A stretch of 64,000 nt of DNA from Candidatus Levyibacteriota bacterium (GCA_003152105.1 PLZJ01000002.1:172257-236256); one strand, 5' to 3'; counted from the stretch's first letter, positions 30,401 to 41,205 are shown. The notes: generated from the sequence alone by a model not told the origin. Numbers and translations: made by a program.

Positions 30401-30781
30401 TTACACAGTCTTTTGTAATATTATCAGAGGTGCTTTACCTAGTCTTTCTTCAGCTATATCGGCGAACCTTCTGCTTCTCTCCAAGACTGAAAGTGAATCA
30501 TTTCCAATATCGGTACTAAGTATATAGCCAGCTTGAGTTAGATTAATAGGTTCTTGATCTTCTCCTACTTCTCGTTCTTCTACAACTTTAGCCTCTATTC
30601 CAACCTCATTACCATAATGTACATAATCTATGGCTACATGATAAGACATCCTTATGGTCCTTGCAGTTTCTTCATCAACTAATTCTTTTGTTCCAGATGT
30701 CAAATCGATTTTATCAATAGGTCCCTCAAAGAAGTCTGGCGAATAGATAGATCTATAATATTGGGTTTCAGCATGACTCAT
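30401..30781 (-). CDS. Cassette hypothetical protein
   Basis: Sole ORF between repeats 30357 and 30810; own TGGTATAAT upstream on the minus strand. Confidence 0.65.
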   Translation of the reverse strand: MSHAETQYYRSIYSPDFFEGPIDKIDLTSGTKELVDEETARTIRMSYHVAIDYVHYGNEVGIEAKVVEEREVGEDQEPINLTQAGYILSTDIGNDSLSVLERSRRFADIAEERLGKAPLIILQKTV

Positions 30782-30876
30782 ATAATTGCAGTATTATACC
30801 ATGAGACAAGTTCTAACATCCTCCACTCCTGCGAGCAATATTAGTGTTAAATTAGAGGAATTTATTTTTCAAGAAG

Positions 30877-31521
30877 TTATTGATAGCCTTCCCAATGGCC
30901 ATCTGAAAATCCTCTAATCCTAGGATGTGTTGAGAATTTATACCCCTCTTGATAGTAAAAATTTAAATCACACCAAAATACTATTTCGGAATTATGATTA
31001 ATATAGTAATACCCATTTCTTAATGCCTTTACAGTCCATCCTGAACTTGCCATCGTCGAAGTATTTGAATTATTTCCATCACAGACAAGACCAGGATAAT
31101 TATGTTGTCCTGTATAAGGATTTGGCCTATTAGCAAATTTAACCGTAGAGTTTTTATTATTGTAGTTAAACGCAAAATCTATTTGACTATAATTTCCTAC
31201 ATAGTTAAGGTTCAAAAAATATTTTGATGGTGGATTTGGAGTATAAGCTGAAAAATAAGTGTCATAAATATATCCAGTAGTACTTGTTTGAGATTGAGTG
31301 CTTGCACTTATTTTAGAAAAATCCATCGGTTCGCCTAGAGGAGGAAGAGATTCTTTATTGCTATTTATAGATATTGGCATAACTGTTGGTTCAAATCCTG
31401 CTGCATTTTGTTGTGTTTGGTGAGATATATTTACTCCCCACACAGTTAATGGTACCGCTACAACAAGTGCTGCAATTACTAAATAACCAAGAAAACTTGA
31501 ATTCTTCTTACTTTTAGCCAT
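30877..31521 (-). CDS. Cassette exported/membrane-anchored protein
   Basis: N-terminal LVVAVPLTVW...QQNAA signal anchor; fills the cassette. Confidence 0.65.
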   Translation of the reverse strand: MAKSKKNSSFLGYLVIAALVVAVPLTVWGVNISHQTQQNAAGFEPTVMPISINSNKESLPPLGEPMDFSKISASTQSQTSTTGYIYDTYFSAYTPNPPSKYFLNLNYVGNYSQIDFAFNYNNKNSTVKFANRPNPYTGQHNYPGLVCDGNNSNTSTMASSGWTVKALRNGYYYINHNSEIVFWCDLNFYYQEGYKFSTHPRIRGFSDGHWEGYQ

Positions 31522-31606
31522 ACGCTTATACCTCTACAATAATAAATATAGGATTATATGTCAAGAGCTGAGATTAAAGGTTCTAACATCCTCCACTCTT
31601 GCGAGC

Positions 31607-31667
31607 ACCTCTTTAGCCTCAAAATAGTCTTTTTTAGCCTCACATGAGGAGAATAGGATTCGTACCC
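31607..31667 (+). repeat. Right-arm family A (~60 bp), also at 34266, 35917, 37095, 46617, 49971 and 52211 (truncated)
   Basis: Consensus AACTATCTAGCCTCAAAATAGTCWTTTTTAGCCTCGTTGGAGGAGACTAGGATTCGAACCT, always directly after the GAGC/AAGC core. Confidence 0.9.
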
Positions 31668-31678
31668 TGTTTTGATAC

Positions 31679-32323
31679 TTGAATGGACTTAGTTTAAAAT
31701 TTCATATTGCATTTAAATCAAAATATACATATAATCCTAACGCTATTATGAGTGTAGAAATTACAAGACCAATTGACCCAAGATACCAAGCAAAGCTAGG
31801 TGAAGCATCTGTTCCAGGCTGGATTGGCCTAGGTGAGAGACTTCAATTGGGGAACTTAGAGCCATATAGAGTGGCAAATCAAAGGCCAAAAGAAGGAGAA
31901 GGTAAAGTAGGCTTTGTAGTTCCGTTTGAAGTGGAGGAATTAGGTAAAGGAGAGATAAGACTTGTAGAAATAGAAAGCTCACAGGAGCAAATTGATGGTA
32001 TTCCAGTAGAGCTTATAGGTGATTATGGAACAGAGTATGGAGTTTTTATAACTTTAAATGAAGTGGGTTTTCCTCAAGTTCCAGAAGTTTGGCTATATCA
32101 TCCTCATAGACCAAGATTTATTGCAGAAGTTCGGACTGATAAAACTGACGACCCACTTGTAAAAACAGCTAATGTTGACAATATTTGGAAAGATATAGAT
32201 GATATAAGTCGTAAACTTGCAATTAGAGAATCTGATCTTCCACTTATAATGTTTGGAATACAACAAGAATGGTCAACCGACACAACAACTCCTGGTAAAA
32301 AACCTCAAATGTGGCAAGACTAA
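31679..32323 (+). CDS. Cassette hypothetical protein (likely start ATG 31748)
   Basis: Sole ORF in the cassette. Confidence 0.6.
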   Translation: MNGLSLKFHIAFKSKYTYNPNAIMSVEITRPIDPRYQAKLGEASVPGWIGLGERLQLGNLEPYRVANQRPKEGEGKVGFVVPFEVEELGKGEIRLVEIESSQEQIDGIPVELIGDYGTEYGVFITLNEVGFPQVPEVWLYHPHRPRFIAEVRTDKTDDPLVKTANVDNIWKDIDDISRKLAIRESDLPLIMFGIQQEWSTDTTTPGKKPQMWQD

Positions 32324-32438
32324 GTGAATAACCATGTTCTAACTTCCTCCACTCCTGCGAGCTTTTTCATACAAAACTTATAAATTAATTAACTATCTTG
32401 ATGTTAACATTGTTTCTGCTATACTTATTTATCAAATT

Positions 32439-32774
32439 ATGAATCCAGAATTTGAGTTCAATAGACAGGTAGCCATAAATAAGGAAGCATTAAAGCAAGG
32501 AATTACTCTTGAAGATAAATTAAAACAAGTTATAAAAGTTGGGGAAGGTGAGCAAAACCCAAACATGCGCTTAGATGATCCATATATAGTTATAGGTGCG
32601 TTAGGCGTACGCAATGGAAGTATGTGTATATTTGGAACATTTCAAACTGTAGAAGAAGCTTTAGACTTTAGGACAATACTACGTGTTAGAGAAGATCAAT
32701 TAGTTACCGATGGACAAACCGAAAGAATGGCAGTATTTGCCTGTAATAGAAAAGGATTCTTACTTATTGATTAA
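32439..32774 (+). CDS. Cassette hypothetical protein
   Basis: Sole ORF; TGCTATACT upstream. Confidence 0.6.
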   Translation: MNPEFEFNRQVAINKEALKQGITLEDKLKQVIKVGEGEQNPNMRLDDPYIVIGALGVRNGSMCIFGTFQTVEEALDFRTILRVREDQLVTDGQTERMAVFACNRKGFLLID

Positions 32775-32869
32775 AATAGGGTTCTAATTTCGTAAGTTCC
32801 AGAACTAAATTTACCACTTTAGAGGCAAAAAGATATATTCTAACAACCTCCACTCCTTTGAGCAGCAAA

Positions 32870-33775
32870 TCAATTATATTTTATTTCATCTAATACTTCT
32901 GCTACTTTCATAGGACTATGCCATGCAGTATCTCCATGATCTTCAATGCGATAAATAATTGATAACATAGTTTGTACAAAACTCCATTGTAAAATTCTAT
33001 TTCTTTCAAAGTTTAATTCATCAGCAAGTATTTCTATACGTTTAATTAATATTTCTTTAAGGTTTGTTTTTTTTGCCAGAGTAGGATACGGATTTCGCAT
33101 CATAGCTCCTGTTTCAAAACATGGATCTCCAACAATTCCATTTGGATCAATTGCGAGCCACCCTTCACGATCAGATGATAAGATATTACCCTGGTGTAAA
33201 TCACCATGCATAACAACTATATTTGACGTAGAGCTAATTAAACCATTTAGCATAAATTCAGTCTTATCTAGTAAATATAGAGAGAGTGGGTTATTAGATC
33301 CAGAAAATCTTTTTTTATATTTAGGTATATGACTAGAAAGCTCTGATACAAGTTTAAAATCATGTTTTTCTGGAACTTTTCTACTAATTCTTTTTATTAT
33401 CGAAGCTAGGATTTTGGTTTGTGTTTCATCCTCACTAAGTTTATTTAATCTTTTGCCAGGTACAGCTTGTTCAAGTAGCATTGTCATATTTTCATCATTG
33501 CTACTTATCAAATTTATGCTACCTTCACCATTAAAAAGTTTTAATGCTGCAACTTCTGATAAATAGCCCTCGTTACCTGGGAAATCTATTTTTATTACTA
33601 ACTTATCTCCAGTATTTCTAGTTGCTGGAGCTACATAGTTGTATGACAAATCATAGGGTTTTCCTATTTTTAAATTCCAATCTTTTTCAAAATATGTTAA
33701 CAGATTTGGTATATTATCTAACCATTCTTGTCCTCCAGTACGATTTTTTATGTCGTGTAAAAAATTCTGGTTCAT
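32870..33775 (-). CDS. APH(6)/StrB-like aminoglycoside/hydroxyurea resistance kinase family
   Basis: MLLEQAVPG, HGDLHQGNIL and WLAIDPNG..GDP motifs. Confidence 0.85.
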   Translation of the reverse strand: MNQNFLHDIKNRTGGQEWLDNIPNLLTYFEKDWNLKIGKPYDLSYNYVAPATRNTGDKLVIKIDFPGNEGYLSEVAALKLFNGEGSINLISSNDENMTMLLEQAVPGKRLNKLSEDETQTKILASIIKRISRKVPEKHDFKLVSELSSHIPKYKKRFSGSNNPLSLYLLDKTEFMLNGLISSTSNIVVMHGDLHQGNILSSDREGWLAIDPNGIVGDPCFETGAMMRNPYPTLAKKTNLKEILIKRIEILADELNFERNRILQWSFVQTMLSIIYRIEDHGDTAWHSPMKVAEVLDEIKYN

Positions 33776-33875
33776 AGCTACAAGTATATCATTCCCAGAA
33801 TCTGGGTTCTTACGTCCTCAACGCCTGCGAGCTTAAATATTTGTAAAAGTTAATAACATATGATAATATCCACGC

Positions 33876-34235
33876 ATGACTGAATTTGAACCTATACCCG
33901 GCAATGAGCCTCAAGTTGAACCAACCCTTGAGGATTTATTAATATCAAGAAAAGCTATATCTTGTCAAATACCTCAATCTGAGCTTATTGATTATACCCA
34001 GGCAGGAGAAAAAACAGGTACTACTGTAACAATTATTGCACAGCAAGGAGAAATGTTTAAACACTATAACAGCGGTAAAAGATGGAATTTGGAACCTATT
34101 TGGGGAGAACATCTCATACATGAGCAAGAAGGAATAGAAGATGTAAGGGTATCTGAAGGAAATATTGCGATTGCTATTCAAAGATCCCAGGACAATAATG
34201 ATCTTGGAGCTTTTTGGAGAAAATTAAAAGCATAA
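33876..34235 (+). CDS. Cassette hypothetical protein
   Basis: Sole ORF between repeats; stop 3 nt before the next arm. Confidence 0.6.
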   Translation: MTEFEPIPGNEPQVEPTLEDLLISRKAISCQIPQSELIDYTQAGEKTGTTVTIIAQQGEMFKHYNSGKRWNLEPIWGEHLIHEQEGIEDVRVSEGNIAIAIQRSQDNNDLGAFWRKLKA

Positions 34236-34346
34236 AACGTTCTAACATCCTCCACTCCAGCAAGCAACTATCCAGCCTCAAATTAGTCTTTTTTAGCATT
34301 GCTTGAGAAAAGTAGAATAAGAACCTTAGTTTGATATACTAGTCTT

Positions 34347-34772
34347 ATGAAAAACACAATTTTTCTTGCCTCAAGCATGGATTTCTACAAAGAACTAGTT
34401 GAAATTGAAAAGCAATTGGAGTTAAAAGGATTTAAAGTAGATATTCCATATTCTGCTCAAACAATGAAGAAAAATAATGATTTTGAGGTTGCACACTTTA
34501 AAGGAGTTTTTACACATAAACAAAAAGGAGGATTTATTCATAGTAATTTTGATAAGATTGCTAAATCTGATTCACTTTTAGTTATTAATAATGATAAAAA
34601 GGGAATTAAGGGATATATTGGTACAAATGTACTGATGGAAATAGCAATTGCATTTTACTTTAAGAAAAATATTTATATTTTGAACCCAATTGAAGATAAC
34701 GCATCATTTACAGAAGAATTATTCGCTTTTGGAGTCAAGTTTATTAATGGAGACTTAGATAATGTTAGTTAA
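34347..34772 (+). CDS. Nucleoside 2-deoxyribosyltransferase-like fold protein
   Basis: IFLASSM, KIAKSDSLLVIN and GYIGTNVLMEIAIA motifs. Confidence 0.6.
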   Translation: MKNTIFLASSMDFYKELVEIEKQLELKGFKVDIPYSAQTMKKNNDFEVAHFKGVFTHKQKGGFIHSNFDKIAKSDSLLVINNDKKGIKGYIGTNVLMEIAIAFYFKKNIYILNPIEDNASFTEELFAFGVKFINGDLDNVS

Positions 34773-34818
34773 GTAATATGTTCTAATTTCCTCCACTCCT
34801 GCGAGCAAATTTATCTAG

Positions 34819-35448
34819 TTGACAACCTTTCAATTGTTATTCATATTATTAATAATGCCAAAGTTTAAATCAAAAAGTACAAATAAAAAAGGCTCTTATG
34901 ATCTATTTAATAAACACAAAAATCTTAAATGGTTAATCCCTATTTTAATTTTAGCTTTTCTTTTTCTGCTTTTTGTTCATCATGCCAGAGAAGAACTGGG
35001 AGTTAATATGGATACTTCAGTATATATATCTCACAATAAACAATTAAACGTAGCAAACTGGCAAACATATACAGATTTAACTAATGGTTTTAGTTTTAAA
35101 TATCCAGATAATTGGATTAAAGTTGATGATCCTACAACTGAAAATGGACCACAGGTTAGTTTTTTTCTTAAAACTGACCCTCAAATAGTTACTACAGAAA
35201 CTATTAATGGTACTGAACAGCTTATGTTAAATGTTGTGCCTGATTCTGATACCATACAAAGTTTACTACAAGAATTCCCTCACTATATAAATATTAATGG
35301 CAAGGAAGCAGCATGTGACGTATCTCCTACTAAAATATACTGTAATGTAAAACTTAATAAATCAACGCTATTAATATTACAAAGTCCTCGTTCCGATGGA
35401 GTTAAAAATTTTGCACTTATAACAACTTCGTTTATTTTTAGTCACTAA
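34819..35448 (+). CDS. Membrane-anchored PsbP-like protein
   Basis: TM followed by WQTYTD..GFSFKYPDNW. Confidence 0.6.
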   Translation: MTTFQLLFILLIMPKFKSKSTNKKGSYDLFNKHKNLKWLIPILILAFLFLLFVHHAREELGVNMDTSVYISHNKQLNVANWQTYTDLTNGFSFKYPDNWIKVDDPTTENGPQVSFFLKTDPQIVTTETINGTEQLMLNVVPDSDTIQSLLQEFPHYININGKEAACDVSPTKIYCNVKLNKSTLLILQSPRSDGVKNFALITTSFIFSH

Positions 35449-35487
35449 TTTGACAGATTCTAACGTACTCCACTCCTGCGAGCTTCA

Positions 35488-35847
35488 TTATTGGGCTAAT
35501 TTACTTTTAAAATAAGCTTTTAGTGAATCTTGATCTTCTCCAGGAGCAATAGGAGGGGGAGCACCATTTGGGGGAACTTCTAAATCTCTATGAAAAGATT
35601 TAGGTAATATATCACTTGGTAAAGTCATTATGTCATCAATGTTAGGTAATATTGTATCAAGTTCTCCAACTTGTCTTGCAGGTAATGTTACTTCTTGTCC
35701 TCGTACTAATATTGTTGCAGTTCCCTTAAATACGCTTGTTCTTGCTAGTTGTCCTATTTCTCCTTTATTTGTATGAATGCTACCATTAGTTCCCTTCATT
35801 GTTAAAGCATCAAATCTATTTGCTATTGCTTCAACTATTCTGCTCAT
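35488..35847 (-). CDS. Cassette hypothetical protein
   Basis: Sole ORF in the cassette. Confidence 0.55.
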   Translation of the reverse strand: MSRIVEAIANRFDALTMKGTNGSIHTNKGEIGQLARTSVFKGTATILVRGQEVTLPARQVGELDTILPNIDDIMTLPSDILPKSFHRDLEVPPNGAPPPIAPGEDQDSLKAYFKSKLAQ

Positions 35848-35995
35848 AAACTCTATTATATAACTTCTTATTAAACAATCAAGTAATAGGTTCTAACGTC
35901 CTCCTTTCCTGCGAGCAACTACTCAGCCTCAAAATAGTCTTTTTTAGCATCTCTGGAGGAGACTAGGATTAGAAACTTCTGATATAATACACCTC

Positions 35996-36415
35996 ATGGA
36001 TTCAGAAAGAGAGCAAGTTAAACCTACTCGAAAACCTTATGATCCTGCTGAGTTAAGTTATGAAGCTAAGTTTGATTTTGACCAGATGACTCGAGAGGAT
36101 TTAGTAAAAGCTAGGTATAACGGGCCCAATAGTAAATCAATAACTGATGCTGATCATAATCCTATTGAAATGTTAGATTTAAGATTTGGGTGGCATGTGC
36201 TTAGTTTAAGATCACCTGAATTTGATGGAAAACCTGATGCTTCTGCAGAATCATATATAGATATTACAGACCAATTTAGAGGTTTTAAGCTAAAAGGATT
36301 ACCAGAGCTTATAGATGATGGTCATAAAGCTAGATTCCAGCTTATTGGGTCAGAAGGAGAAGTTTTACAAATAGATACCCCTTCTTATGGTTATGTTAGA
36401 GGATATGACATGTAG
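35996..36415 (+). CDS. Cassette hypothetical protein
   Basis: TGATATAAT directly after a family A arm; stop just before the next repeat. Confidence 0.6.
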   Translation: MDSEREQVKPTRKPYDPAELSYEAKFDFDQMTREDLVKARYNGPNSKSITDADHNPIEMLDLRFGWHVLSLRSPEFDGKPDASAESYIDITDQFRGFKLKGLPELIDDGHKARFQLIGSEGEVLQIDTPSYGYVRGYDM

Positions 36416-36445
36416 CGGGTTCTAACGTCCTCCACTCCTGCAAAC

Positions 36446-36491
36446 TCAACAAATCAAAAAAAACTCACTTACATAGTTAACCAAGGGGAGC
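36446..36491 (-). repeat. Type-3 arm encoding LPLVNY(V/I)SEF(F/Y)L..*; second copy at 47291-47336
   Basis: Both copies end in GGGAGC and translate in the recombinase frame with synonymous or conservative differences. Confidence 0.75.
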
Positions 36492-36497
36492 TTAGTA

Positions 36498-37046
36498 TTA
36501 TCTAAACTTACCAATCTTAGCTATTTCAACTAATTTAGCCCAAGGTACATGAAAAGTAGTCGAAACATTAGTTAATTCAGGGAAACCCATTGCTCTAAAT
36601 CTACTAATCCATACATCGTAACTAGTGTTGAGTTCTGAGGTTTTTAATCTTGGCAATTTATTCTGCATTAAAACTTCTCTGGCTTCATCCAAACTTACGG
36701 CTGAACTTGTGTTTACCATTAAAGAATCATAGGCAAGTATACCAGCTGCAATATCTTCTATCTTTTTCCTGGTTTCTCCTAGTTTTGCATCTTCATTTTC
36801 TCCACCCATAATATGTAGTCTTGCAAGCTGAGGCTTACTTAACATATCATGCCAATCTAGCCATAAAATATCTTCCTGAGTTTGGCCATGATCTACAGAA
36901 GCCAAATGAGTAGTTATGCCATAATCTATGGCAAGAGGTGATAATCCCATATGCCATTGTCTGTCACCGCTTTCAAACGAATGATTTAAATGTTGGACTA
37001 TTTCAATGGGACCTTGTGAGTCAAATTCCATGCCTGAATCAGTCAT
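36498..37046 (-). CDS. Cassette hypothetical protein
   Basis: Sole ORF; TGCTACAAT upstream on the minus strand. Confidence 0.6.
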   Translation of the reverse strand: MTDSGMEFDSQGPIEIVQHLNHSFESGDRQWHMGLSPLAIDYGITTHLASVDHGQTQEDILWLDWHDMLSKPQLARLHIMGGENEDAKLGETRKKIEDIAAGILAYDSLMVNTSSAVSLDEAREVLMQNKLPRLKTSELNTSYDVWISRFRAMGFPELTNVSTTFHVPWAKLVEIAKIGKFR

Positions 37047-37174
37047 AAAAGTATTGTAGCATAATATGTATTAACACCCTCCACTCCTGCGAGCAACTAT
37101 CTAGCCTCAAAACAGTCATTTTTAGCCTCGTTGGAGGAGACTAGATTAGAACCTTCTGGTATAATAGCAACCAA

Positions 37175-37684
37175 ATGTCAAAAGAAATACCAACCCAAAA
37201 CCCGTTAGATCAAGCGTACGAAGAAAAACCAAAAAGATGGTATGAAAATCAAGTATTTGGAAATGGTTTACTCTTCAATAGCGCTCTTGTTTCAAGTAAT
37301 ATAGCTTATATTGCATTTATACACAATTATTCATCATTAACACGACTTGCAGGTGCATCTGTTTATATATTAAGTACTATCGCCGATAGATTAAGTACCT
37401 ATAGGGCTTTAAACAGTATTAAAGAGGCAAAAGATAGCGGAATTGAAGTAATTCATAAGGAACAAAATCCTTTATTAGTTAGTAAAGAGAACCCGCTTAA
37501 GTTGGAAAAACCAACAAAAATCCATGTTGGAAATTTGATAGGCTTAGGTTTGTCAACCCTTACGCTAGGTTCTGCAATGCCAATTTCAGCATACCAATTA
37601 GTTTATGCTGCAAACAATGAGAGAATTAATAGACGATACAGAAGAGCTATATGTATTTTTAGTGCTAGTCAAAATCGGGAATAG
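37175..37684 (+). CDS. Cassette membrane protein
   Basis: Hydrophobic segments; TGGTATAAT upstream. Confidence 0.55.
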   Translation: MSKEIPTQNPLDQAYEEKPKRWYENQVFGNGLLFNSALVSSNIAYIAFIHNYSSLTRLAGASVYILSTIADRLSTYRALNSIKEAKDSGIEVIHKEQNPLLVSKENPLKLEKPTKIHVGNLIGLGLSTLTLGSAMPISAYQLVYAANNERINRRYRRAICIFSASQNRE

Positions 37685-37780
37685 AATCATTAGGTATATA
37701 ATTAGCCTACATTAACGGAATTGTTCTAACATCCCCAACTCCTGCGAGCAGCTTAGCCTCATATGATATAATGCTCAATT

Positions 37781-38122
37781 ATGGGAAAAGAACAGCATCC
37801 ACTTGATGACCCTAATGTAGAGGCAGTTATACAAGGTAAGCAAAGTCCTAGTTGGCACAAATACCAAGATTCCGAAGATTTTATCGAGAAAGGCTTTCCA
37901 TTTAATGAAGGCTTTCCTAAAACAAGCCCCTTAAGTCTAGAACCATTTAATCTTATACTCAGAAATGGTGTTAGAGTAGTAGGTTATGTAGATTTCTCTA
38001 CTCAGTATAGGTCGGAAGGACTGTCATGGATGGATGAGCAGGGTCACTATCTTTCAAGTTATACAGTTGTTGGTTGGCAAAAGCAAGGAGATCCAATTGG
38101 CTTCGGTACTCAACAAAAGTAA
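37781..38122 (+). CDS. Cassette hypothetical protein
   Basis: The stop codon directly abuts repeat 38123. Confidence 0.6.
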   Translation: MGKEQHPLDDPNVEAVIQGKQSPSWHKYQDSEDFIEKGFPFNEGFPKTSPLSLEPFNLILRNGVRVVGYVDFSTQYRSEGLSWMDEQGHYLSSYTVVGWQKQGDPIGFGTQQK

Positions 38123-38151
38123 GTTCTAACATTTCTCCACTCCTGTGAGCC

Positions 38152-38856
38152 TCATTTAATGAATCTAAATGTATTAGCCATTTGATAAAGAGTTTGTTCG
38201 TAGTTAGGAATATCACTAGAATTTGCAGTTAAGTTTTCGTAACCTATAATTACAGCAGATGCATTCCCATCAGAAGAGTATGTTGTTGGTTTAACTACAT
38301 AGTAAATAAATTTTTGACCGTTTTGACTACTTCCATCTCCTGCAACAAATCCTGTTAATTTTCTCATTTGGTATCCATTAAGGTTAATAGTTGAAGAATT
38401 TACTATATTATCGCATTCGGCTTTACATTGTTCAGGATCCCATTCTATGGTTGTAAAAAAATAAGGACTTTTATAATAATTATCAGAATTTGCCAGTTTG
38501 ATTGTAAAAAACATGGTGCCAGGAAAATCTCTTTTTATTACATAAAGGTTTGGAGAATATTCGATTTGATATTTAAACTCATCATTTGCAGCATAGATAT
38601 TCCAACCCGTGCTTTCATCAATTGTAATTAGTGGTGTTGGTGTGATACTTGCTGTTTTGTTAATAGGATTTGATTTTATATTGGTTATATTACTTAATGT
38701 TGTAGGATTTAAGGTATTAAGCTGTTGATATTTCATGCCGATTAAAAATCCTACTAATGGAAAAACAATAAACAAGATTATGGCTAAAGTTTTAGATAGA
38801 GGAGTAATAGTTGTTAGATTTTTAGGTAGAGTCATATTTAAACTATAGTTTAGCAA
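38152..38856 (-). CDS. Membrane-anchored PsbP-like protein
   Basis: TPLSKTLAIILF TM, Pro/Thr linker, GWNIY...YQIEY. Confidence 0.6.
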   Translation of the reverse strand: MLNYSLNMTLPKNLTTITPLSKTLAIILFIVFPLVGFLIGMKYQQLNTLNPTTLSNITNIKSNPINKTASITPTPLITIDESTGWNIYAANDEFKYQIEYSPNLYVIKRDFPGTMFFTIKLANSDNYYKSPYFFTTIEWDPEQCKAECDNIVNSSTINLNGYQMRKLTGFVAGDGSSQNGQKFIYYVVKPTTYSSDGNASAVIIGYENLTANSSDIPNYEQTLYQMANTFRFIK

Positions 38857-38942
38857 CTAGATATGGTCAAGTAGGTTCCAACATCCTCCACTCCTGCGAG
38901 CTCCATCTTGATTAAAATAACCAATTGTGAAATAGTATTGGT

Positions 38943-39569
38943 ATGGATCCAAATACTGCTCAACCTTCTCAGTCAGTAAATCAAAAAACACCACCAATTA
39001 ATGAGCCACAATTTCTTTCAAAACATTTTTCATTTACTCGAATCTTACTAATATTATTGATTACTCTTATTTCAGCGTTTCTATTTGGAACAATAGGGTA
39101 TTTCATAGGGAAATATTCAAGTTCTCAGTCCTCAGACATACAGTATACTTTTACAAAATCTCAACCAATTAAACCTTCTCCAACTTTTATATCAATAACA
39201 CCTAGCGTTTCACCATCGCAAACCCCTGCTGAAACCTCAGGTTTATCTGGCATAGATAGCTCAACTCCTCAAGATTTTGCAACTTATATTACAGCTTTCT
39301 ATAAACAAAAACAAGCTAGTTGCGATATTGAAGAAATATCCGTAGATAATTCTAAAATAATTAGAGATAGTTTTGCTGAGACACAGGAAGGTTGTGGAAC
39401 TGGATGGATAGGATTCTACGCAAAGGTAAATGGATCTTGGGTTGAAGCATTTACTGCTCAGGGAACACCAACTTGTGCTACGGTAAATAAATATTTTTAT
39501 ACTAAAGAACTAATTCCTGATTGTACGGTTAATCCACAAATTTCTCCAATTCCAAATACTAACCCCTAA
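38943..39569 (+). CDS. Membrane-anchored extracellular protein
   Basis: TM, Ser/Pro/Thr linker, Cys-containing ectodomain; N-terminus shared with the 47386 ORF. Confidence 0.65.
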   Translation: MDPNTAQPSQSVNQKTPPINEPQFLSKHFSFTRILLILLITLISAFLFGTIGYFIGKYSSSQSSDIQYTFTKSQPIKPSPTFISITPSVSPSQTPAETSGLSGIDSSTPQDFATYITAFYKQKQASCDIEEISVDNSKIIRDSFAETQEGCGTGWIGFYAKVNGSWVEAFTAQGTPTCATVNKYFYTKELIPDCTVNPQISPIPNTNP

Positions 39570-39677
39570 TTACCATATTCAAATTCTAAAATAAAGATAA
39601 GTTCTAAAGTACTCCACTCCTGCGAGCTCGTCTTAATCTCATTAACTTTGCTTCTGGTATACTAAATCCATATCATT

Positions 39678-40475
39678 ATGCTTGATATATTCTTGGTAAA
39701 ACTACTGTTAACCTTTATAGTTGCAAGTATTTTTATAACTGCTAATACAATACTTGCCGAAAAAGTAAGTCCTAAAATAGTCGGATTCATAGGAGGAATA
39801 CCAAATACAGTTTTAATCTCACTACTTTTTATTGGAATTACCCAATCTCCTTTAATTTCTTCTCAATCAACTACTGTAATTCCAATTATTATGGGAATTG
39901 ATGCATTATTTATTGTTATTTATGTCTATTTATCAAAATATAGTTTCCTTGTAGGATTTTTATCTGCCTTACTAGTGTGGTTTGTCTTAGTTAGTATTCT
40001 TGTGTTTATTAAGTTTAACAACTTTAGTCTATCATTAGCAGCCTTATTAATACTTATGGTTCTTAGTTACTTCTTAGTTGAACATGTTATTAAGACAAAA
40101 ACTATCTATAACAAAAAGTATAAGTTTTCACTAGCAAACATTATATTTAGAGGTGTCTTTAGTGGAACAATAGTTACTTTAGTAGTTATATTTGCAAAAA
40201 TAGGAGGGCCACTTTTTGGTGGCATAGGTGCTTCTTTCCCAGCAGCAATGATCTCAACTATGATAATCACAAATAGAGCTCAAGGAATTGAGTTTTCTAG
40301 ATCAGTAATGAAAATATTAATGATTTCAGGCCCTGTAAATGTAGCTGTATATGCAACAGCAGTTAGATTTCTTTATCCTGAATACGGCTTACTTTTAGGA
40401 ACAATATATTCACTACTTATTGCATTAATATCCACCTATTTGACCTACAAGTTCGTTGTAAAAAGAGTTGCCTGA
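39678..40475 (+). CDS. Multi-pass membrane protein (DUF3147-like)
   Basis: About 8 TM with duplicated GFIGGIP / GGIGASFP motifs. Confidence 0.6.
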   Translation: MLDIFLVKLLLTFIVASIFITANTILAEKVSPKIVGFIGGIPNTVLISLLFIGITQSPLISSQSTTVIPIIMGIDALFIVIYVYLSKYSFLVGFLSALLVWFVLVSILVFIKFNNFSLSLAALLILMVLSYFLVEHVIKTKTIYNKKYKFSLANIIFRGVFSGTIVTLVVIFAKIGGPLFGGIGASFPAAMISTMIITNRAQGIEFSRSVMKILMISGPVNVAVYATAVRFLYPEYGLLLGTIYSLLIALISTYLTYKFVVKRVA

Positions 40476-40551
40476 AGTTTTATAATGCCAAGTAGGTTCT
40501 AACGTCCTCCACTCCTGCGAGCTTCAAAATACCTCATGATATAATTAATTC

Positions 40552-41025
40552 ATGGTAGAGCAATCTAGTGCAAATGAAAGAATATCTCCAGCTATTCGTC
40601 CTATGACCCTGGATGATGTTAATGAAGTCTATATTATTGGCTCATCAACTCCAGAGTTTTCAGCAGGAGATGCAGCAACATTTTGGGAAAGAGATGAACT
40701 TGAAAGATGGGTTACTCTGGGAGTAGATGATGTCTTACTGATAGCTGAAGTGAATGGACAAATAGGAGGATTTTTACTAGCAAAATACCATGTGCCAACA
40801 AAATTAGGTGCAATTCATGACGTATTTACTAAACCAGAATTTAGACGAAATGGGGTAGCAGAAGCACTTGAGGAAGAAGCTATACTTCAATTAACTCAAA
40901 AAGGGGCAACTTATATCTATTCCGTTACTCAACATGATAATCAAGCATCTATGAACCTTCAAGAAAAAGTAGGCTTTAAAAAAGGAAAACTTATGCAATG
41001 GTTTGAATTAGAACCCGAGAGATAA
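40552..41025 (+). CDS. GNAT acetyltransferase
   Basis: VFTKPEFRRNGVA motif A; N.ASMNL.EKVGF. Confidence 0.85.
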   Translation: MVEQSSANERISPAIRPMTLDDVNEVYIIGSSTPEFSAGDAATFWERDELERWVTLGVDDVLLIAEVNGQIGGFLLAKYHVPTKLGAIHDVFTKPEFRRNGVAEALEEEAILQLTQKGATYIYSVTQHDNQASMNLQEKVGFKKGKLMQWFELEPER

Positions 41026-41030
41026 ATGTT

Positions 41031-41205
41031 TTAACTTAGTGGGTTCTCAAACGAATCGCACCAATATGCAAACAATAAAGTTTTAACTTGCATCTTCTTT
41101 ATCTCCTCCCACCTCTGTCTAAGTTCTCCAAAGTAGCGTAAATCCTGGAACACAAGGATAATTGAGGTCAAATCTACGGTTATAATAAGATAAGGCTCGG
41201 GGAGC
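41031..41205 (-). repeat. Type-2 arm encoding a startless ~45-57 aa tail; second copy at 49828-49970
   Basis: LPEPYLIITVDLTSIILVFQDLRYFGELRQRWEEIKKMQ versus LPKPNLIIPINYAQIISVFQNLCVFGEFRQRREEIKKLQ (the second has a 1-nt insertion). Both end at a GAGC/AAGC core. Confidence 0.8.

Noticed and set aside
41090-41205. Type-2 repeat as a structured ncRNA hairpin
   Set aside because: Some pairing is possible, but conservation between the two copies follows a minus-strand protein frame anchored at the core.
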